Part shown: in pieces, positions 10,056-19,400 of the stretch
How the letters are laid out: the number at the start of each line of letters is the position of its first letter
Numbering within the stretch: the first letter of the stretch is position 1
Origin: a virus
Taxonomy: Duplodnaviria; Caudoviricetes
Virus record (IMG/VR): IMGVR_UViG_3300021197_001105
Location: 1-52,210 of that record
Length of the DNA stretch: 52,210 nucleotides
Strand: one strand, 5' to 3'
Position numbers and translations under genes: made by a program
The notes under the pieces: generated by a model
What the model was told of the DNA's origin: nothing
The model's database searches: none
The model's input: only the letters and a program-made list of their open reading frames with translations

Positions 10056-10588
10056 TGGACATTGAAATGGTATTCGATCCTATTGAACTAGCTATGCAAG
10101 ACGGTCTTACTCTTGATGAGAGACATCACATTTGCGTTGAAAGCCAGTGGCTTAGAGCAGTAAAAAGAACAACAGGCAGAGACGATCTGTTTGTCTACTA
10201 TCACAAAGAGACTAATAACTTCGTACTTGCTCAGTGGATCTACACCCCAGAAAAAGATGGTGTGGCTATCTGCACAGAGCTTGAGGTTATGGAAGAAGCT
10301 CCTGATAGAGGTGGATGGATATCTCTTGAGTACATCAAGAGCCGATGCGCTAAGGGTGATGAGATGGTTAAAACCCTTAAGCATAAGATGAAAGAAGCCG
10401 AATACGCTAAGAAAGCTGAGAAGGAAGAGCTTCTTGAGAAACGAACAGCAGCTGCGGATTACTTGAGGAAACAAGGCAAACCTGAAATTGCAGCAAGCAT
10501 AGAGTCAGGACCATACGCAAAACCAAAACCAGAGACTCTTGACATCCTAAACAACGGGGCCAAGAATCGAATCATCACTTCAGGATAG
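10052..10588 (+). CDS. Hypothetical protein
   Basis: SD GGAGG and ATGA coupling place the start at 10052. Confidence 0.7.
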   Translation: MMDIEMVFDPIELAMQDGLTLDERHHICVESQWLRAVKRTTGRDDLFVYYHKETNNFVLAQWIYTPEKDGVAICTELEVMEEAPDRGGWISLEYIKSRCAKGDEMVKTLKHKMKEAEYAKKAEKEELLEKRTAAADYLRKQGKPEIAASIESGPYAKPKPETLDILNNGAKNRIITSG

Positions 10589-10591
10589 ACC

Positions 10592-11485
10592 ATGCACAGT
10601 ACCGGATCATTCCTACTTACCGTAATTGAAAGAGTTCGTGCTTACCTAGACGAGGCCACCCTCGATGCTAAGTACACGAACGATTATCTGGTACGCCATG
10701 TTATCTGCCCAGAAATGGTAAATGTTCTGGCTCGTCTTAGGAACACGTTTGATAATCCAATTAGAATCCGTCACTCCATAACTCTGGAGAAGAGCACGGA
10801 ACATTACATCCTTCCTCCTAATGTCGGAGAGGTGTACCGGATTGCTATTCTTGACACAGAAAATCGTGTGACCCAGGAGATGAGTCCTCGTAATGAGTTC
10901 AATCCCCGAGGACCAAACTGGCAGCTTCAAGGGAACATGCTCTCGTTTCGCCCTCTACCCGGAGTTGGCCAAAGTGTGGATGTTCATTACATTCCAAACG
11001 GAGACTTCCAACCCCATTTTGATTCGGACGGGGGGAACCTTGCTTCTTCCACTACGTTTGTTTTTGATAATGCTCCTACTCTGGGGTCTGTAGACCGACG
11101 TGAAAATGCTTATGCGGGAGCAATCCTAAGAGTCTGGGATTCAAGTACAGATGTGATTGAAGAGCGTGTAATCAAATCCTACGTAGCTGACACAAGAACT
11201 GCTACGGTCCACATACCGTTTACCCATTCAACAGGAAGTGGTAGAAAGTACGAAGTTGCTCCTGTCGGAATGAACTCGTTGTACCAAGCCATAGCTTGTG
11301 CTTGTTCCATTAACTTGGGGACAGCTAGAAACATAACGCAGAAGCAGATGAATTTTATTCTTCTTCAATACAAGATGGCTATGAAGTCTGTGGGTGATAA
11401 TCTGTCTAACATGCAGGCACGGACTGGTAAGTTCTACGACAAGAAAACTGTAGATAACAATGCACAGTTGTTGTTGGGTGAGTAA
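10592..11485 (+). CDS. Head-tail adaptor / tail tubular A-like protein
   Basis: N-terminal 'IERVRAYLDE' helix, HYILPP, LSFRPLP...VHYIP and a C-terminal helical bundle; located after the capsid genes. Confidence 0.65.
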   Translation: MHSTGSFLLTVIERVRAYLDEATLDAKYTNDYLVRHVICPEMVNVLARLRNTFDNPIRIRHSITLEKSTEHYILPPNVGEVYRIAILDTENRVTQEMSPRNEFNPRGPNWQLQGNMLSFRPLPGVGQSVDVHYIPNGDFQPHFDSDGGNLASSTTFVFDNAPTLGSVDRRENAYAGAILRVWDSSTDVIEERVIKSYVADTRTATVHIPFTHSTGSGRKYEVAPVGMNSLYQAIACACSINLGTARNITQKQMNFILLQYKMAMKSVGDNLSNMQARTGKFYDKKTVDNNAQLLLGE

Positions 11486-12576
11486 TGAGTCAAGGAAGCC
11501 TAGGGGTCAATCCTAATAACCACGCCCTTTCCATATCCCTACAGACGGACATCAGTAGATCTCCAGACGGGCTAGAAGAGGAGAGGATTGGGTTTCTTAG
11601 AGAGCTTAGGTTCGAGGGGCCCCCAATGGCCGAGGGCTCGGGTAGTTCGGTTATGGGTGTTAATCCTGGATTCATGCGTCCGGGTAACGGATATCAAGGA
11701 AACACGGGAATAGGAATCCCCGGAAATCCTATTATTGAAACGCCACCCGTTGTTGGGACTCCACCTGAGCCACCTTCGTTCCCAATTGGAGGAGGAGGCA
11801 CAACACTCTCCTTCTCTACAGGCACCTTCAACAGTCCCAGTCCTCCTTCGTTTACTGAAACCTTTGTCAGTAGCTTTGCAGTTACTTCGGGGTCTCCTCC
11901 CCAGCCTCCTTCAGGACAGACAGGAACTGATGCTTCTGGAGATAGTTCAGGCTGGAACAATCCCCAAACCGAGGGAGGAGGGTTCCCTAATATCTTGCAG
12001 TTTGGTCCGGGCGGAGAAGAGACTGAACAACCAGAAGAACCAGAGAATGATCCTGATTGCGTAAACGGGTATATCCCACTTGAACAACCCTACAACGAGG
12101 GTGATCAAGCTCCTGATATGCAGAAACAGTTTGATCCCCTTAACCCAGATAGAACTCACCTATGCACTACGCCACAGTCATGCGGAGCTAATCTGTGCAC
12201 TGGTCTTCCGGTTATCGACTTCAAGAAACCTAACTTTGACGTAACAATTACCTGCGGAGGAAACACATTTACCTTCGACGATAGCGATCTAGTCGGACCA
12301 GACCAAGGACCAGGATCAGGTAATCCTTACTGGGAACACTACAACCAAACAAGCCAGCTTGGTCCCCCAAGACTCAATGTTCCAGTGGGAATGGAAGGTT
12401 GTGGTTGTGGAACCAACAACCCAATCATTGTCAATATTACTTGGGAATACGAGATAGAGTGCGACGGAGGAGGCAGCGTCTGTTGTTGCAAGACAATCCA
12501 AGGCGTTGAGGTGGGTCAGAACGGTAACTGCAAGATCTACGAAGACGAACAATACACGACGAGTAACTGCTGCTGA
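11485..12576 (+). CDS. Pro/Gly/Ser-rich protein with a Cys-rich C-terminal domain, probably virion-associated
   Basis: Translationally coupled on both sides within the tail module. Confidence 0.65.
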   Translation: MSQGSLGVNPNNHALSISLQTDISRSPDGLEEERIGFLRELRFEGPPMAEGSGSSVMGVNPGFMRPGNGYQGNTGIGIPGNPIIETPPVVGTPPEPPSFPIGGGGTTLSFSTGTFNSPSPPSFTETFVSSFAVTSGSPPQPPSGQTGTDASGDSSGWNNPQTEGGGFPNILQFGPGGEETEQPEEPENDPDCVNGYIPLEQPYNEGDQAPDMQKQFDPLNPDRTHLCTTPQSCGANLCTGLPVIDFKKPNFDVTITCGGNTFTFDDSDLVGPDQGPGSGNPYWEHYNQTSQLGPPRLNVPVGMEGCGCGTNNPIIVNITWEYEIECDGGGSVCCCKTIQGVEVGQNGNCKIYEDEQYTTSNCC

Positions 12577-13499
12577 TGAGAGATGATAGGCCAGAAGCCC
12601 ACTTCAATCTCAAAAGTAAACCTTCTTCTCCTCCTGAACCTCGAAACCGAGGAAACAAAAGAGACTTCTGTCTTTACTCGAGGGATAACAACAAGGTTGA
12701 CTTGAAGGATTTGTATTACGGTTCGAGCATCTTCTTGCTTTTGTCGGGCCCGTCTTTGTTGGATTCCCCGCTTGAGTGTTTGCGGGAGATAAATGCGTAC
12801 ACTTTCGGGGTCAACAACAGCTGGTCTGTGTACCGACCGACTTTCTGGACTTGCATGGACGGGGTAGAGAAGTTTCTCTCCGGAGGGTGGCGTGACCCCA
12901 GGATCACCAAGCTAATCCCCAACGGGAAACAGAACCACCAGCTCAGGACCAAAACAGATAAGGGGTTTTTCAACCTGTCGACTAAGGCAGGAGATTGTCC
13001 CGGGGTCCTCTACTACAACAGGAATCTGGAGTTCGATCCAACTACGTTTCTCACCGAGTCCACGGTTAACTGGGGTCAAGACGGGAAGACTCAGGATCTT
13101 CTAGGCATCAAAGGCTGTCGGAGCGTGATGCTGGCAGCCGTCCGGCTTTGCTATTACTTGGGGTTCAGGACTATCTATATGTTGGGGTGCGACTTCAATA
13201 TGACGCCCGGAAAACAGAACTATGCGTTCCCCCAAGACAGGTGGGATACTTCCATCCAAGGTAACAACAACACTTACGAAGGATTGAGGAGAAGATTTAA
13301 GGCTCTCCAATCCCACTTTGAAAACCACGGACTGAAGATCTTCAACTGTAACCCGGACAGTAAACTTGATACGATTAGGCATAAGCCCATAGAAGAGGCT
13401 TTGGAAGAATACTGTAATTCACTGCCTGAGATGGAAGACACCTTGGGCTGGTACGATAAAGAAAAAACAATAAAGACGGTTAGACGAAATGGCAAATGA
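12576..13499 (+). CDS. Maf/DUF115 (MptE-like) family putative glycosyltransferase
   Basis: IFLLLSGPSL, FGVNN, SVMLAAVRLCYYLGFRTIYMLGCDF and IFNCNPDSKL match the DUF115/Maf/CstII-like pattern. Confidence 0.75.
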   Translation: MRDDRPEAHFNLKSKPSSPPEPRNRGNKRDFCLYSRDNNKVDLKDLYYGSSIFLLLSGPSLLDSPLECLREINAYTFGVNNSWSVYRPTFWTCMDGVEKFLSGGWRDPRITKLIPNGKQNHQLRTKTDKGFFNLSTKAGDCPGVLYYNRNLEFDPTTFLTESTVNWGQDGKTQDLLGIKGCRSVMLAAVRLCYYLGFRTIYMLGCDFNMTPGKQNYAFPQDRWDTSIQGNNNTYEGLRRRFKALQSHFENHGLKIFNCNPDSKLDTIRHKPIEEALEEYCNSLPEMEDTLGWYDKEKTIKTVRRNGK

Positions 13500-16400
13500 G
13501 ATTTCAAGCAAGTGGTATTACCCCCTAACCGAGGTAAGTCAAGACAAGCGGGTAGCTCTTCCTGGTGTAAAGCCGGGGTACGCTTCCGAACTAGCTGGCT
13601 TTGACGGGCAGCTATCCGGGGGTCTTCGACCTTTCTCGGGGTTCAAGAATATCTACGATCTAGATATGCTCACCTCTGACGGGGGAACTACGGCCCACGC
13701 TGCTGATAGCGTGAACCTTACCTACCACAATACAAGCACCCATGTCACCGACTTCTTCCCTATTACATTCAACATCGACTTTGATACCTACGGCTATGGT
13801 TTTGTCTACCGAGCACAAAGACCCAACCAAGGCTCATCTGCTACATTCACTTTCAGTGGTGCAGTTGGTGTAAACGAAACTATCCAGATCATTGATAACT
13901 CAGGCACCCCAGTAACCAAGGTTTATAAAGCTGCGTCTAGCGGAACCAGTGGTACTGAATCCTCTGCTGTTTCTGCTACCGCAACTTTCACGTTTAACGC
14001 TGTTGCCCAGCTAGGCGGAACAATAACTCTCATTGGCTCCGCTGGTCTATCTAAGACATACATGGGATCTAACGACGACGCCGACTCTAATGGGACGGTA
14101 GACGCCACGGGTAACATCATCTTCAAGGTAGGTGCAAGCAACACAGACTCCTCTGCAAATCTCCGAACCGCAATCCTGGCCACCACCGGACACAATGGAG
14201 CGATCAGCGTAACTGACGATGGAGGAGGCAAACTAACCCTGACCCAAAACGACGGAGGACTTGACGCAACTCAAGGACTAGCGGGGAATAAAGCCATTGT
14301 GGTGTCGACAACGCCCGACTTCAATGAGAAGTGCAGCGTAAATCCTCCTTCGGCTTTTACGGGAGGCATCGACTCTTCAGTCATATTCCGAAACGATACA
14401 GGTGCTAATGAAAACGCAGCTGCTCTTAAGGTTGCAATTGAAGCAAGTTTAGGGCATAACAACACTGTTGCAGTTGAGGTAGTTGGAGCAAAAGTAACTC
14501 TTACCCAGGCTACTGTTGGTGAGTCCGGGGACACTGCAATTACCGTCTCAAGTAGTTGGAACAGTGCGTGCTCCGTCAATGTCCCCGCTAAGTTCACGGG
14601 TGGATCTACAACCGACAAGGCAGATATCTTCCTAGACTTCTACCTTGCTGAATGTGACGTGTATTCAACGGGCAATGTAATCAAAGCAAACATAAGTTCT
14701 ACGGAGCCTATGGATGTCGAGTCTACAGGTCGAATGGTATTCGTAGGTGTTCGGGGAGTAGATCCTATTCTGTTCTATGTGACAGAAGACCCTCCTGGGA
14801 TTGACGAGACAAGCACGTCACACAGTATTGGTTGCATTGCGGGTGGAGACTGCACCTCATCTTCGGATGGTAGTAGCTACTGTCCCGCTATTGCGTCTCT
14901 TACTTTTGACGCTGTAGTCCCTTCCACAAATATTATTACCTCTGTCAGTGAGAAGGGGATAATTGCAACAAGGACAAATTCCAAAGCAGAAGCAAGTTGG
15001 AAGTTTACGGAAAGGGCGGAAGAAGGAAGCGCAATACAAATAGAGTCTAGTGATGGAAGAAACATCTATTACAAAGCTAAGGGTGGAGCAACCAACGGAA
15101 CTATAGAATCATCAGGTGGGGTTGATTACGTTCTCTTTAACTCCGGAGCTACTGCATTTACTACAGGCCAGTTTACCTTTAGTGGTGCCATGCCTGCGAA
15201 TGAAACAATCAAACTCATCGACACAAACGGCAAAGAAAGAATCTACGAAGCCGCAGCCGGTGGTAGTCCCGCAGTTAAGGGTTCATCCGAGACCCAGGCA
15301 ACAGCTACCTTTACGTTTGAATTTAAAGCTGTAGAAGGAAGTACTCTGACTCTAACTGACAATTCTGCAAGTCCTGTTACTAGAATTTACAAGTGCATGA
15401 CGGACGCAGAAGAAACAGCGGGTACTTATGAAAACGGTCAAGTTGGAAATGAGGCTGATTCTTCTTTCTTGATGTTCAAGCGAGGAGACAGTCCTGCAAA
15501 TTCCGCAACTAATCTTGTAGCTGCAATCAATAATGCTGCAAACACAATAGGTATTACAGCTGCGGTAGCAACATCAACTACTGTCAACTTGACCCAAGAC
15601 ACAGCTGCTTTATCAACTGGTACGCTTGCCGATGGCAACACCAACGTGGGCTCTGGTTCTTCCTTCACAAACGCTTGCTCGGTTAATCCTCCGTCTGCCT
15701 TTACCGGGGGTGGGTTTACTGTTGAGTTTACGCGAGGCAGTAGTGCTGCGGACACAGCAGCTGGATTGAAAGCTGCGGTTATCAATGCTTTAGGCCATGA
15801 AAATACAATTGCTACAACATACACCCCCAGCAGTGCAAACTTGACTTTGACTCAGTCTGTGTATGACGGAACAAAGGGCGGAACTGCAATAGCTGTCAGT
15901 GGTAGTTGGAATGCAAACTGTTCCGTAAACCCTCCAAGTGCTTTTGGTGCAACCATCGTTGCGGCAACAGAAGCCACTGCCGCAGCTACGAACTTCAAGG
16001 CTGCTGTCGATAGTGCAAGCGGACACAACTCGACAGGGGGCTTTGGAACTACGACACTCACGTTTGATAATCAACCTGCAGCCGGATCTGAGATACAACT
16101 TATATCCAGTGTTGGCACGGATAAGACAGTTAATTACAAAGCAACAGCAACTCTTGAGTCAAATGGAACCCTGGATGGCACTGATGTTTTGTTCTACAAC
16201 GGATCAGGAAACACAGATGCGGGTAAGAATGAGGCAGCTTACTACCTGAGAAAAGCTATCAACTCTGCTAACGGACACAACGCAAGTCCGGCAAAAGCAA
16301 CGGCGACATTTAATTTCTTCGAGAATCCGGGCGAGGGACCGAAGGTTACAATCGTATCTACGGATGGAACTTCAAGGTTGTTTGAGTTCAGCACTGGAGG

Positions 16401-19400
16401 AGAGACTACAGGAGACGTTGGGGGCGGTAGTCAGATCTTTGTGGGGGTTTCTGCTAGTGCTTCTCCAGGTGTAGCCGCACAACAATTTGCTTCTGCAGTC
16501 AATTCTTCTAATGCGTTCGGGGGTTCTAGCCCAAAGATAATTGCTACTGTTTCAGCTAAGACTGTAACTCTTACCCAACAAACTGAAGGAGTTGCGGGTA
16601 ACTCGACTATCACTTACAACGTGGTTGCTTCGGGAAGTAAATTAGATTCCTATATTAATCCAGCACCTACCGCATTTAGCGGAGGAACCGTCGACTGGAA
16701 CGGAACTACACTAAACACAGAACAAAGACTATCTGTTGAAGAAGACATCGGTGTTGTAGGCAAACTTACCTTCCGTCAGCTCGAGACCACCTCGGGTGGT
16801 AATACAACAGTAACCACAGACTCTGCTATGAACACCGCTACAAGTGGAGGCGCAGTAGCTGACTTTGCCGGAGGGGGATCTGCTAGTACTTCATCGAACC
16901 TAAGATTCACGGTAACCGCCAACGGAAGTGGTACTGCTGGACAAGTAAATATGCAACAGTCCTTGGGTGATGCCCGAGGAAACAAACCTATATTTACTTT
17001 CTTTGGGTTTAACAACAATACAAGCCCACCTCCACCAGAGAGATTTGCTGGTGGCGGAACCATGCTAACCAACTCAACTATGACTCTTGTAGACGGGGAA
17101 GGTAACTCTCACATCTACATCTATGACAGGTCTTCTACAAACCAGAACGGAGATCAGGATACTGATGGTAGATATATCATTGGCATCCAAGAAGAACTCT
17201 CTCTCACAGAGCAAGTGAAGGCAACTGTACGAGTTATTGCAGCAGCGTCTGACAATACAAAAATAACTGCATACGCAATTAACGACAAGAAACTGGGACT
17301 GAAACAACTGGTATTAGGTACGGTTGGAAACACCTCAGTGGTTCTAAGCACTGATGCTGCAAAACTGATAACTAAGACTGACTTTACCGGGGGGGTTGGG
17401 CCGCAATCTGCAAGTGCAGCTACCTCTGTTGCAAGTGTTTCTTGTGCTGTCAGGCACAGCTTGGTAATAGAAGAAGAAACAGGGCCAGGTCCAAAGCCTT
17501 TGTTGGAAGGGCCATTCCAAGGTTGGCAAAACGCATACGTGGTTGATACTCCTTCTCCTGTCACTGTGCCATCTAATGCTCGTTTGATCTTCTCGGTGAC
17601 AGCACCTAACTCAGGAATCTACAAGAGTATTGGAGAACCTCTCTTTGACGGGGGATACACAATTGACAGTGTCCTTTATAACGGAGGAACCAACGCTGAG
17701 ATTGTAGAGACCTACAACCAAATCCAAATTGCTAACAACAACCAGAACGATGCGGTGTACGGTTTCATTGATTGCGACTTTGATTACGGAGGAGAGGCAG
17801 GAGACGGGGACGAAGTTCCTGAAACAGAGAATGACGGGAACTCTGGAACGGATGTTGATGACCCTACTTGCTCCGAGCTTTTGGAGCTTGCTATTCCACA
17901 CATTGGAATTTCTCCGGGAGGAGTTGTAAATCCTGGTCCAGATCCCTTTGCCAGTCCAAACAAACAAGCTGTTAGACGAACGATTTGTAACTACAAACTC
18001 AACTCAATAACAGATGGTAACCAAGTAAACCAACTTCCAATTATCGAGATCTTTACGTACACGTTTGCGCAAGGAAACAATCCTTCGCATGAGTTTAAGA
18101 TCTGGAATTGCAAAATGGATATCTACGTTAGAAAGAAGAACGACGCAGAAAATCCTTTTGTCGAGGGAACGAACAACCCAGAAGGTTATGGAAACTTTCA
18201 GCTTGCAGCTACCAACGTCAATCTCAAGATTGACGAGAAGAAACGAAATGAGATGTATACGTACGTTTCAAACTCCAAGGGAGGAAAGTTTGCCCAGTTT
18301 GTTCCTAACGGAGGAAGAGACATTGTGTTGGTGAACGAGGAAGCCAAGTCGTTTGCAACTGCAGCTGGGTATACCGATACTGAAAAGGGAGGTAACAGTC
18401 ATGCGAACTGCTACATAACCCACTTCAATATGGCCTCGGTCTTTGGGTGCGATAACTTCTCAGCGGGGGAGTATCAGGTCCAGGTTGTATGGCGAACGAT
18501 GTGCTGTGAGCCAGTGCAAAACAAGTCCAGTGAAATCATCACGTTCACCGTAGATCCTGCAATCTGCGAGTTTGAGGGTGAGGGAGAAGAGAAACAAGTT
18601 TCTGACTTGAAGAGACTAAAAAAAGGAAACTATGTATTTTCCTATGTTCTCTACGACAGTAAGACCGGAAGACGATCTGCACTCACCGAAGTACTCACTG
18701 TAAAGGAAGAAGATTTTACAGCCGACGAGAACTTTGCTTTCATTGATCTGGTGTACGACAAGACAAAGTATGATCACGCATACTTCTACCGTTCTGTAAA
18801 CACACAGGACGCAGGAGGAGTTAGCGTTGCTGGTGTGTTGAGCTTGGATCGAATTGCAAAACTCCAAGACTACATCATTGACGGCAACCAGCCAACTAAC
18901 ACAGACTATAGAAGAGCTGTGTATCCCTACAAACTTGAAGATATGTCTATCTTGTATCAGCCCACGTACAGGACGGAGACGCCTGTCTTTGACGAGAAGA
19001 TGCCAGCTGGGGGCAGTATGCTTTGGTACGGCAACACTCTCCTGGTGTCCCGTATCAAGAACGCAGGGGCGTCCTCGTCGACAGAAGAAAGAATCGAAGA
19101 CGTACAGCGGGGAATAGGAGAGCTTAGGTGGTCATCTATGATGGAGAACTCTCCTGAGATGTTCTCTCCTTTTAACCGGTACGTTCCCGTGGTTCCTTCA
19201 AACGAGATCATTGCACTCAAGACTCTTGGGGATGTGGTCTATGGATTCAGTCGAGATCGTGCTTACAACATCCGCAAAGACAGTGGAATGGGTATTGCCT
19301 TCATGAAGGTAATGGACCTGCACGAAGGCTTTGGAACCACAGGAGCCAACTCACTGGAGGGTGTGGGTTCTTCTATGTACTACATGACTCCAAAGGGGGT

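Noticed and set aside
13834-17394. Contractile tail sheath gene or diversity-generating retroelement repeats
   Set aside because: The modules resemble sheath or flagellin outer domains, but no sheath core, tube, baseplate or tape-measure gene was recognised. The repeats are diverged at DNA level and there is no reverse transcriptase.
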